64,000 nucleotides of DNA from Alloascoidea hylecoeti (taxonomy: Eukaryota): positions 1-64,000 of the forward strand of contig BCKZ01000036.1 of assembly GCA_001600815.1 (NCBI GenBank), written 5' to 3'. Shown in pieces: positions 1 through 10,064 of this stretch. The notes under the pieces were generated by a model. That model ran no database searches. It worked only from the letters and a program-made list of their open reading frames with translations, and was not told where the DNA came from. Within the stretch, counting starts at the first letter, position 1, and each line of letters begins with the position of its first letter. Made by a program: the position numbers and the translations under genes.

Positions 1-1
1 T

Positions 2-322
2 AAATTACAATCATCTACAAGAGATTTAAAAAGAACAATCAATGATTTGAAAAAAAACATTTCAGAAAATGATTATAAAATTCAATCATTCACAAGAGAA
101 AAATCAAGATTATTAGCATCAATTTCGGATTTAAAATTATCAAAAGAACATGAAACAAAAAGAAGAGAAGAAGCAGATAGAAAAATGGGTACATTATTTT
201 CACAAGTTCGTAATTTAAAAACATCAATGAATGATTTAATTAATGAATGTAATAAATTAAAAAAAGATAAAAAAGTTTTAGAAGATCGGGTACCAGTATT
301 ATTAACAGACACGGTTTTATAA
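2..322 (+). CDS. 3' part of an unidentified coiled-coil protein ORF, open from the window edge and ending in sequence antisense to the F-box gene
   Basis: Frame is open from nt 2 (KLQSSTRDLKRTINDLKKNISENDYK...). K/E/L-rich heptad character continues to about nt 291, where sequence homologous to the F-box/WD40 family begins. Confidence 0.45.
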   Translation, partial: KLQSSTRDLKRTINDLKKNISENDYKIQSFTREKSRLLASISDLKLSKEHETKRREEADRKMGTLFSQVRNLKTSMNDLINECNKLKKDKKVLEDRVPVLLTDTVL

Positions 323-1389
323 TCATTTATACAAAAAGTGTGTACTCTTCGATCTGATAACATATCTATTAATTTATTTGATTGTAAATGCCAAACTTTT
401 ATTTTGTAGCGTTCAACAACAAATAATTTTTCATCCATTACCTTCATGTATAGTAGTTTATCATTATATCGGAATTTTTGGATTATTTGACCAGTTTCAA
501 TATTCCAAGTTCTTACTGCATTATATCCTTTGCTATATACAATTCCATCGTGAATGCAAATACTATCGAAAATCATATCTCCTTTTAAACAGTATAGTAA
601 ATTAAACTTTAGTTGATGTTCAAAATTATCAAAATTTGATTTCCAAACCCCAATATAACCATGCTCATTACAACATACAATATAATCATTGTATAGAGCG
701 GCATCATTTATAAATCGAGCAGAAACTCCCGGTATTACCAAACGAGCTATTGATTTGAAATCAGATAATTTCCAAATTATACAAGAACCATCCCATGAAC
801 CGGAAACCAAATATTGATCATTAATATCAATACAAACAACTACACCAAGGTGAAATTTATAATCAATATTTTTAATTAATTTGAATATTTCCTTTTGCTT
901 GAAATTATCTATTGAAATATCATAGTATGATACACCTAAGTGTTTTAAAATCTCATGATTTGGTTCACCTAAAACCCTTAAACATTGTGAGGTTTCAATA
1001 TCCCATATTTTTATTGTACCATTATATGAACCAGTTATAATCCAATCTTTAAAAACTTTAACACAAGATGCTTTGAAAAGAGGATCACCAAACTTATGAA
1101 TTGTAAAAATATCATTTTTCCAATTTAATTCCAAAAGATATCTCTCTTTATATAATTCATACCATGAATCGGTTTCCGAATCATTATTATTGTATTTCCA
1201 AGATTTTTGATCTTTAAATTTTGATTTCCAAATATTATTATTTCCAACCATTTGTTTCCATGATTTAGATACTATTTTACAATTAAGTAGGATTGTTGGT
1301 GACAAATCCAAGAAAATCATTTCAGATATTTCATTAGGTAGATCAGAAATAACATCAATTTTCGTCTCAAGCTTTCTGTCTGATAACAT
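82..1389 (-). CDS. F-box/WD40 protein copy 1; native C-terminus replaced at a rearrangement junction
   Basis: F-box motif (DLPNEISEMIFLDLSPTILLNCKIVSKSW) and WD repeats (IITGSYNGTIKIWD, LVSGSWDGSCIIWK). Aligns to copy 2 only down to VNNTG (about nt 292); the last ~70 aa are read from the antisense of the + strand ORF. Confidence 0.85.
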   Translation of the reverse strand: MLSDRKLETKIDVISDLPNEISEMIFLDLSPTILLNCKIVSKSWKQMVGNNNIWKSKFKDQKSWKYNNNDSETDSWYELYKERYLLELNWKNDIFTIHKFGDPLFKASCVKVFKDWIITGSYNGTIKIWDIETSQCLRVLGEPNHEILKHLGVSYYDISIDNFKQKEIFKLIKNIDYKFHLGVVVCIDINDQYLVSGSWDGSCIIWKLSDFKSIARLVIPGVSARFINDAALYNDYIVCCNEHGYIGVWKSNFDNFEHQLKFNLLYCLKGDMIFDSICIHDGIVYSKGYNAVRTWNIETGQIIQKFRYNDKLLYMKVMDEKLFVVERYKIKVWHLQSNKLIDMLSDRRVHTFCINDYKTVSVNNTGTRSSKTFLSFFNLLHSLIKSFIDVFKLRTCENNVPIFLSASSLLFVSCSFDNFKSEIDANNLDFSLVND

Positions 1390-2344
1390 GTTCCAACTGT
1401 TAAAATAGTTCTTCTATAAGTGATCGTCACTAATATTATGGATTTTTCCCTTAAGAAGTGGATAGAAAAGAAAGCGGTTATCGTTACCAATTTTACTAAC
1501 ATTCCTTATTTCTGTGATATCTATATGCATAGTAAATGTCTCACTGACGAATCTTTTTTGTGAGTAATATATACTTGACAGCCATTGGTTGAGCAGATTC
1601 CTTCTACGGCAAACAATCAATGAACTTGTCCATAACCCTGGTGATATATTTATATCGATTTCGGCATGCACACGCGGCGCGCGGAAGAGTGTGGGACTTT
1701 GGAGTGGTACCCGAAAAATAGGTTAGACCTGACTCGGCTATAAGGCTTATACGAAGTACTTATTATTATGAAGTAATCCTAATAAGAATCAAACATAGGC
1801 AAGCAAATGATCAATCTTCCCAGTAGAAACCAGTAATTTTTCTATGAAGTCGGTCAACCAATTAATATTTGAATTCCGTTTATTAGCCCCTTTAGTGCGC
1901 CCTAGACTTATTAAATGGATATATTTTCAATCGGTTTAGCTGTGCTAGCGCTTATTCATCTACCTAACAGGATAACTTGAAAATAACTTCCTTAATCTCA
2001 TTCAGAAATAAACTTTCAACGATCACCTTCATCATCTTATTGTAAATCATTATCATCATTAATACTGAGATGCTTGGTGAACTTCATGGTGCAAAATCCA
2101 AAACCTCACCACAATCGATATTCAGTCTTAAATATTAAAAATCAAAAATCAAAAATTTGCTTGCATAATTTAACTGTGCTAATGCACTGCTGCTGCAATC
2201 CGCGAGATAAACTTAATGCATATGTATAATCCGCAGGATAATCGTTTTCGTGAGTAAGGCAATCGAGAGTGAACAAAATGTATTATTTTCTCATACATTT
2301 TCTTCTACTTTTGAATTTCTATGCATATAGGGACATAAATGATT

Positions 2345-2494
2345 TCATCATGAATGGAGACGTCATCGAAGACCATTTCTCCTTTTAAGAGAAGTTGTAA
2401 ATTAAATTGTGGTTTATGCTCAAAATCATCAAAATTATAACCACCCCCATTACAACAATATAATCATTATATATAGCGACATCCTTTATATATA
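2345..2494 (-). pseudogene. Internal fragment of an F-box/WD40 paralog
   Basis: catttctccttttaagagaagttgtaaattaaattgtggtt...tatatagcgacatc matches nt ~12240-12360 and ~575-705. Ends at a TA run abutting the Tc1 relic. Confidence 0.75.
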
Positions 2495-3380
2495 CAGTGA
2501 GTCATCTCTGGCCTAATGCATGTTGCAACCTAAAATAGAATAATTTATAAACATAAAATCTTGATTAAAACATCAATTCTAAAGTAAACATAGTGAAATA
2601 AAATAAAATTCAGCTTCTCCATCTCTGTGAGTATCGCAGGATACAAACTCAGTAGTTTATATGACCACATTTTGCTTCTATGACTAGGCTTAGTAGCTTA
2701 GGCATCGATTCTATGAGTTTGTCAAAATATGAATGATTTATACTATCCCATAACTCTGGGAGTACTTTTGAAAGGCATCTTCGAACCGTATCTACACCTC
2801 CTTTCATGGTAGCGATTTCTTTATGTTGTTTTCTAAGCTGAATTTTGAGCTTATGTCACGCATTTTCAGTGGGATTTAGGTCTGGAGAGTTGGCAGGCCA
2901 AATTAGCTGATTAACTTGATATTCCTCCAAAATCTCTCGGATTTTTTTAGAATTGTGAATGGGAGCATTATCCTGTTGGAACATAGCACCTTCAAACTCC
3001 CGAATAAAAGGTATAGTTACGCTACCGGTTTTAACACTTCTTCTACGTGTCTCTCAGAATTAATCGCACCAGCATCAAAAGTTACCAATTGGGAACGTTT
3101 TTGACCGAAGCAGCCAATTCTTTGAAATTTTTTGTTGGACTTCTTTGCAATTCACTTACTAAGGATCTACAATCTCGCGAAGATAATTTCAGTTTCTTGG
3201 AAGCTGTGCTATAATTACAGTGCCAATATTTTTATAACGTTTCCAGACGTGTCTTGCTGTACCTGGATCGACACCTATAATTCTTGCAGTTTGACTATAC
3301 TTATTGTCATCCCACACCGAAAGGTTTCCTGGTCTAAAACAAAAATCTCGATCTGAGTTCTCCCAACCTGGTTCCAACGT
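2495..3380 (-). mobile_element. Degenerate Tc1/mariner DNA transposon (D34E transposase pseudogene, internally deleted)
   Basis: Minus-strand translation gives FQQDNAPIH...WPANSPDLNPTENA* (D at 2972, E at 2867, 34 residues between), a frameshifted C-terminus LIESMPKLLSLVIEAKCGHINY* (stop 2649-2651), and an HTH-like YSQTARIIGVDPGTARHVWKRYKNIG (3189-3377 ORF). Left boundary TA|CAGTG at 2493-2499; no matching right TIR seen. Confidence 0.88.
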
Positions 3381-3519
3381 ACTCGAACCCTAATCTTTGC
3401 TTTCAGTGGGGACTTTAAAACGGCCTACTGATTGCCTGTCTTTCCCTTTTTTCTTTTAAATTTCAACAAATTGCAAAAGGGAGATATTAACAGTCTTTCT
3501 ATCTATTAATAGCGCTATT

Positions 3520-3895
3520 TTTGAAGATAATTAGAGAGATGTCTAGGAATTAATTAGCGTTACTTCCGTAAATAAATTAGCCTTCGCTTTAGAAGAATTA
3601 TTCAACGTTACCCGGGAACATTTGGTAACCCCTCGTGCGACAATCAACTGATAACAAGTTGGCGCTATATTCGAAACTTATTTAGCTGATACGCCGGAAA
3701 TTATTTAGTAACCAGTTTGAATTAATAGTTAATTCTCCGAAACTTTACTATTGTTGTTAATCAAGCAAAGTCAGCTATTTTATTGAAACTGAACTTGTCA
3801 TATCTTTCAAAAGTAATTAGCCTCACCTCTGATCCCCAATTAGTGCTCTGTATGAAATGTAATTAGCGTTGGATGAAGGACTTAATTAGTCAACA
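3520..3895. repeat. Degenerate array of (T)A(A/T)TTAG(C/T) cores with 23-bp period and variable spacers
   Basis: Cores start at 3528, 3551, 3574; 3679, 3702; and 3814, 3837, 3860, 3883, with exact 23-nt steps within each run and weaker copies between runs. Confidence 0.75.
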
Positions 3896-4053
3896 ACACA
3901 CAGGTAGATAGTTAAAGTATTTAGACCAACTCCTAAACCCGTGAATTATTCTATCAGAAGAAAAAAAAGATGCTTAAAAAGTATTCTATACTTATTAGTA
4001 TTTACTTTAATGGTTCCTTAAATTTATATTTCAAATTTCAATATAAGATTAAA

Positions 4054-5334
4054 CTAAAAGTGTTTTAAATATTTTTTCCTTAAATTTTGAGTGAAATCAT
4101 AAAATATAATATCACATCCTGTAGTGAAAACAACCATCCTTTTCGAATCAACATAAAACGATGAAAGAGTATGTAAATATGGCTTTGAATATACTTTTAA
4201 TAATTTTTGGTCATTTAAATTCCAAATCTTTACAAAACCAGTATTGTTAAGAGAAACAATTTTATCATCATTTATACAGAAACTGTGTACTCTTTGATCT
4301 GATAATATATCTACTAATTTACTTGATTGTAATTCCCAAACTGTTATTTTGTTCCGTTCACCAACAAATAAATTTTGATCTATTAATGTCATGCAAAATA
4401 ATTTATCATTATATCGGAATTTTTGGATTATTTGACCAGTTTCAATATTCCAAGTTCTTACTGCATTATATCCTTTGCTATATATAATTCCATCATGAAT
4501 GCAAATACTATCAAAAACTATATCTCCTTTTAAACAGTAGAGTAAATTAAAGCGTAGTAGATGTTCAAAATTATCAAAATTTGATTTCCAAACCCCAATA
4601 TAACCATGCTCATTACAACATACAATATAATCATTGTATAGAGCGACATCATTTATAAATAGACCAGAAGCTCCTGGTATTATTAAACGATCTATAGGTT
4701 TCAAATCAGGTAATTTCCAAATTATACAAGAACCATCCCATGAACCAGAAACCAAATATTGATCATTAATATCAATACAAACAACTACACCAAGGTGAAA
4801 TTTATAATCGATATTTTTAATTAATTCAAACACTTCCATTTGTTTGAAATTATCTATTAAAATTTCATAGTATGATACACCTAAGTGTTTTAAAATCTCA
4901 TGATTTGGTTCACCTAAAACCCTTAAACATTGTGAGGTTTCAATATCCCATATTTTTATTGTACCATCATATGAACCAGTTATAATCCAATTTTTTAACA
5001 GTTTAACACTAGCTGCTTCGTAAGGAGTATCAAAGAATTTAAACATTTTAAAATTATCATTTTTCCAATTTAATTCTAAAAGATGACGATTTTTACATAA
5101 TTCATACCATGAATCGATTTCTGAATCATGATTATAATACTTCCATGATTTTTGATCTTTAAACTTGGATCTCCATATATTATCATTATCGACTATTTGT
5201 TTCCATGATTTAGATACTCTTCTACAATAAAGAAGAGTAGTTAGTGACAAGTGAAAGAATATTATTTCACATATTTCATTGGGAAGATCAGAAACAAGAT
5301 CTGTTTTCATTACATGACTCTTCTGAGAGGGCAT
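4054..5334 (-). CDS. F-box/WD40 protein copy 2 (apparently intact SCF substrate adaptor)
   Basis: F-box DLPNEICEIIFFHLSLTTLLYCRRVSKSW plus WD repeats ending IFYDF. Start placed at ATG 5334 (MPSQK...) by alignment to copies 1 and 3; the open frame extends to 5463. Confidence 0.9.
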   Translation of the reverse strand: MPSQKSHVMKTDLVSDLPNEICEIIFFHLSLTTLLYCRRVSKSWKQIVDNDNIWRSKFKDQKSWKYYNHDSEIDSWYELCKNRHLLELNWKNDNFKMFKFFDTPYEAASVKLLKNWIITGSYDGTIKIWDIETSQCLRVLGEPNHEILKHLGVSYYEILIDNFKQMEVFELIKNIDYKFHLGVVVCIDINDQYLVSGSWDGSCIIWKLPDLKPIDRLIIPGASGLFINDVALYNDYIVCCNEHGYIGVWKSNFDNFEHLLRFNLLYCLKGDIVFDSICIHDGIIYSKGYNAVRTWNIETGQIIQKFRYNDKLFCMTLIDQNLFVGERNKITVWELQSSKLVDILSDQRVHSFCINDDKIVSLNNTGFVKIWNLNDQKLLKVYSKPYLHTLSSFYVDSKRMVVFTTGCDIIFYDFTQNLRKKYLKHF

Positions 5335-5699
5335 GAGGCAATTTCTAAAGTACTTAAAATTAATGCCTATGATTTTAAAAAGAAATATACTCATGGTTAT
5401 CACTTTTTTGATTTTTGCCAATAAGAAATGGTAAGAAAAAACGGTTTCAAACGTTACTCTCATATCTAGATCTGCAAATTCGAGTGTACGTAGGTTGCAA
5501 ATCTACATGTTTGTGGGTAATCTCTGCTTGAGAGAAAATGGTTAATCAGTTTCGTTTCTATTAATGTGTCTGTTGGAACCAGTTACTCCAAAGACGACTT
5601 TTGGGGACCTCTTATTGACTGTCCAAGAGTGCTAATAGCAATGGCCTAAGATCCAATACACTCGACAGCGAACAATTAACGAAGTATTTCATAAGCTCG

Positions 5700-5980
5700 G
5701 TAATGCAACTTGATAGTAAAAACTTATATATCTTTCTCATTCTTATTGCAATTTCTATATTTTGGATTAAATAAAGCTAATATTAATATTTTGGCCGTGT
5801 CTTTGCACAAGATGAAAGATATCCATAGATAATGCAGCCCGAGGACTGCATTCGGCAAAGATGCATATTTAGCAATCAGTATTTGTGCATCCAGTTATGC
5901 AAGAGAGAAAGTTTCTCGATTTGTTTTCCCACATTCGCATTCGCATTCCATTCTTTCTTCTGTTGATTTTCTACCATCAA
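5700..5980 (+). promoter_or_regulatory. Upstream region of APSES copy 1 with a TGCA cluster and tandem CATTC motifs
   Basis: Eight TGCA in 5703-5901; CATTCG CATTCG CATTC CATTCT at about 5932-5954; nt 5886-5958 identical to 9918-9990. Confidence 0.65.
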
Positions 5981-6037
5981 CAATCAACCAGAAGTATATT
6001 ACATTTATGAATCTATATTTATACAAAACTATTTTCA

Positions 6038-7357
6038 ATGGCTCGCTCTAAAGCATCCACTCTTGAATCAAGCGCTGAAGTTAAAACTGCCAGCTCGTCT
6101 CGGCAAGAAACGAAGCCGCAGGTGGGTCAACAGGGACTAGCACCCGGTAAAATACCTATTTTACAGGTCGCCGTGATCCCGAATACTCCAAAAGTTACTT
6201 CCGCTTTTTGGGAGGATGAAAACACTTTATGCTACCACGTGGAGGTTCGTGGAATTTTGGTGTCAAGACGCGCGGATACTAATTTCATTAACGGAACAAA
6301 GCTTTTAAATGTTGCTGGCTTGACAAGAGGAAAACGAGACGGGTTATTAAAATTTGTGCGTGGTAGGCAGGTCTTGAAAATCGGTGGTATGAATTTAAAA
6401 GGTGTCTGGATTCCTCTTCAATGTGCTGTGGAGTTTGCAAAGAAAGATAATATTTATGATGATTTATATCCATTGTTAGTCGAAGATATAAGTGCTTTCT
6501 TGATTGAACACCCTGATATGTTTTATATTTCTCAGAATCATAAGGCTCCTAAAGCCAGACATAAAAAGGAAGGCTCGAAATCTATGAGTGTTTTAAAATT
6601 TAATCAGAAAAAGGGCAATACAAATAACCAGGATGCATCAGCTCAAAATGTCATTCCACCAAATCTTGTTTATGCCTCTCTAGGACATCCTCCAAGTGGA
6701 CCACAATATGGCTCTCAAATCCCACCTGTTAATGGATATCATGGCTATCCGCAACCTCAGCCATATCCTTACTACTACCAACCCTTCCCACCTCAACCTC
6801 AAGGAAACGGAATTAACGGCTCCATCCCTCAGTGCCGATTTCCAGTGGCACCAATCACATCCTCCCAATTAGAATCCTCGGCAAGTCCAGGTAATTGTAC
6901 CATTTATCAAATTCCTCAACTCAGGCAGGGAGCACAGGCTTATGGATATCCTCCTGTATATCCATTCTACGACTCTTACCCATACCATCAACCCTCTCCA
7001 AACGGAAATGGTCAACAGAGTGTACCACCTCCACCAATATATCCTTATAATGTTTCTCCCCACAATTACACTTCAGTGACTCCACAGCCTAAACCTCCAA
7101 AGGCTGTCGAAGAACAACAAATAATTTCAATTGATGTTAAAAACAACATTCAGAGTGATATTCCAAAAACTCAAGGTGACGATAAAAATATTCAAAATGG
7201 CAATAAAAATAGAGATCAAAAATTGGAACAAGAAGCCCAAGAAGTACCGTCCGATGATGAAACAAAAATGGTTCCTAAAAAACGTGATAGAAATCTTAAA
7301 AAGGAATTAGAAGAAGCTGGTAAGTCTAAATCTCCTAAGAAAACTCGAAAGAAATAG
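6038..7357 (+). CDS. APSES-domain transcription factor, Efg1/StuA/Sok2/Phd1 family, copy 1
   Basis: WEDENTLCYHVEVRGILVSRRADTNFINGTKLLNVAGLTRGKRDGLLK...LKGVWIP...LYPL; P/Q/Y-rich middle; basic C-terminus. Confidence 0.92.
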   Translation: MARSKASTLESSAEVKTASSSRQETKPQVGQQGLAPGKIPILQVAVIPNTPKVTSAFWEDENTLCYHVEVRGILVSRRADTNFINGTKLLNVAGLTRGKRDGLLKFVRGRQVLKIGGMNLKGVWIPLQCAVEFAKKDNIYDDLYPLLVEDISAFLIEHPDMFYISQNHKAPKARHKKEGSKSMSVLKFNQKKGNTNNQDASAQNVIPPNLVYASLGHPPSGPQYGSQIPPVNGYHGYPQPQPYPYYYQPFPPQPQGNGINGSIPQCRFPVAPITSSQLESSASPGNCTIYQIPQLRQGAQAYGYPPVYPFYDSYPYHQPSPNGNGQQSVPPPPIYPYNVSPHNYTSVTPQPKPPKAVEEQQIISIDVKNNIQSDIPKTQGDDKNIQNGNKNRDQKLEQEAQEVPSDDETKMVPKKRDRNLKKELEEAGKSKSPKKTRKK

Positions 7358-7669
7358 ATTGGATTACGAAAATTATATTATTTCGATATATCCCGAATAT
7401 TATTTTTCAAACTTATTAATAAGTGTCGATATATGGTCAGGATATCCAGCTTCTTGCTGCATATTGTATTAGCTTTGAATTAATCGAATGAAAACATAAG
7501 AATACTAATGATAGTAGCTGTATTTTATCATTTATATTTGTCTGCTATTGAATGGTGTTTTGTGTTTGTGTTATCGATAAATAAAGATAGAAATTCATAG
7601 CTTTTTAGATCTAGTTAGCTAGAAGAATTTGAATAAGACATGCAACGACTCTTTTACTTACAAATTTAA

Positions 7670-9677
7670 ATATAAGATGAAAATATAAATATATTAAAAC
7701 TCTCTCGTTAAATTCTTAGTAAAATCATAAAAGAAAGGAATACTTCAATCTTCTCAACCCTGTTTTTATATTTTTAATATACAAAATCATACAAAATGAA
7801 AGAATATTTAAAGTGGTTATCCAGTAGTTAATAGAAGCGAATCTCAAGTTAAAATAAAGCAGTAAAAAAGCATTCCAAAGTATAACAATCTTTCTTTAAA
7901 ATATGATTAGTTGTAATCTGTTATTTTTGATCATTACTTCTTTTCGTCGCTTAACTTCTTGAGCTTTACAAGCTCTGTCATAGTGTCTGATAGTTGCTTG
8001 ATATAGCCTTCAAGATTTATTATAATGAAGGTATTTTCTTAAGAAAATTAATCTATTCTCAGTTGTTTATTATAAGTAGGAAATATCTTATCTTTATATA
8101 GTCTAATATTTTACTACTCTAATACTATTTTGGAAATCTCATTGTAGTACAAAATTGGTTAGTACAATGATTTCAAGACAAAACCGATGCATAAACAAAA
8201 TATCTAATAACTTCTTATAACAGTTGAATGTATTAGAAGTAAATATAATAAAACGTTGTTAATTTATATATTAAAATGAATAAGTATTGTCTTGGATTGC
8301 TTTTATATTTTCTTTAGAAATTAATAAAAAATCTTATCTTAATACCTTAAGTTTCACGAAAATAACTGCAGAAATAACTAAGCTCATAAGCACTTAACAC
8401 TTAACCATTTAAGGGCAACTGAAAGAGTAAAATATTAATTCGGAGGCAAAAGTCGACTTTCCAGCAATTTCTAGTAATGAAGAATCTCTGTGAACAAATG
8501 AAAACATTACATTTGATATTAATTTAAATATGAACAATTTGAAGTAATAAATGGAGAGAATTAAGAACCTAATCTCCATATATAATAGTTTCGTATACTT
8601 GACAGCCAAAGGTAAGTTATCTCTAAAGTGAATCTAGATAAGTAAATATATACATATATAACAATTCATCTCATTATTTGTATAATTATCACATAATCCA
8701 GGTGTCAGAATTTCCAATTTCCTTGAATAAAGATAAAGTATATCCATAATGTGACAAAATACAAAACGTATTTGAATGTTCTGTTGAACTATCAGAAAGC
8801 TTGCTTAATTTGGAACTCCTGATTAACACTAAAAAGAAAGCATTCCAAAGAGGAGAAAGTGAATTAATAGGATTATTTGTGCGTAATCAAATCTACGGTA
8901 CAGATGTCGAAATACCTTTCATTGTGATTAAACAGCGTTACGTCCAATGAGCAATCAACTTTTTTGGTGTTCACAATTTGCTCAGAATTTTAGAAACATC
9001 ATATAATTCATATAGCTGACTTATATACTATAAGTATCATATATGGCATCATGTATTAGACATGCCTTATATTTCTTCATTTGCATTTGAATACTATTCT
9101 CAAGTAATAAAAATAAAACAAATAGACACCATTGAACAGAAAACAAACGATACTAATATATAAAAATATCAAAGTGTGGCTCATTTTCATTTTGTATATG
9201 CTTGTTATAACTAATATAAATTGTTGATCTAGCTTCTAAGCTGGGATGGATGTGAATACTCTTTCAATAATTTTTGTTCATCTAAATTTCAAATCTTAAC
9301 AGCACCGACACTATTATGAGAAATCATTTTATTATCATGCACACAAAAGCTTGATTTCCAAACGGAAGAAAAATGAAATTTAATATCAACATCTGTTGTT
9401 AACTCCAATAGGTTTGATCTTGAAAACTTATATATATCTTAAAATCTCAACATTTGGAACCCCTATGCTTTGCCGGAAGGATCACGGAATGTATACTTGG
9501 TAAATTCTTCTTCTCTCTAATTTAATTCCAAAAGATATCTTTCTTTATATAATTCAAACCATGAATCGGTATTTCATTATTATAATACTTCCTCTCCAAA
9601 AAGATTATTTTAGATATTCCATTAGGGAAATCAGAAACAATATCCAATGTCCTCTTAAGATTTTCCTGAGAGGTCAT
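7670..9677 (-). pseudogene. F-box/WD40 copy 3, multiply deleted and split by about 1.5 kb of unrelated sequence
   Basis: ATG at 9677 (MTSQENLKRTLDIVSDFPNGISKIIF). Collinear fragments at 9250-9677 match copy 2. The extreme 3' end (FYDFTKNL) is at about 7690-7735. Confidence 0.8.
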
Positions 9678-9834
9678 GATCAAGATAAAATTGCCAAAAT
9701 TCTTGCTGTGCTTATGACAATAATATTCAGGCTCTTCCCAACAAGAAATGGGAAGAAAAGAAAGGGGTTACGTACTTCATTTTTTTATATCTGTGTAATA
9801 TAGTGAATATGGGTAAATTCTACTTGATAGAAAG

Positions 9835-10010
9835 GGTACTGCATTTAACATTTACCTAGATTGACAAATTTCCAATGCAGTCATCGGCACAGATGCATAT
9901 CTGGCAATCAGTATTCATGCATCCAGTTATGCAAGAGAGAAAGTTTCTCGATTTGTTTTCCCACATTCGCATTCGCATTCCATTCTTTCTGTTGATTTTC
10001 TACCATCAAC
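9835..10010 (+). promoter_or_regulatory. Upstream region of APSES copy 2, conserved with copy 1
   Basis: Five TGCA motifs in 9840-9933, four CATTC, and a 73-bp block identical to the copy 1 promoter. Confidence 0.65.
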
Positions 10011-10064
10011 TCAACGAGAACTATACCACATATATTAATATATATTTATGCTAAACAATTACGA

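Noticed and set aside
3375..3395. tRNA gene from a GGTTCGAG B-box-like motif on the minus strand
   Set aside because: No cloverleaf or A-box could be built.
3520..3895. CRISPR array
   Set aside because: Eukaryotic context, only 7-8-bp cores with ~15-nt spacers, and no cas genes; kept as a phased motif array.
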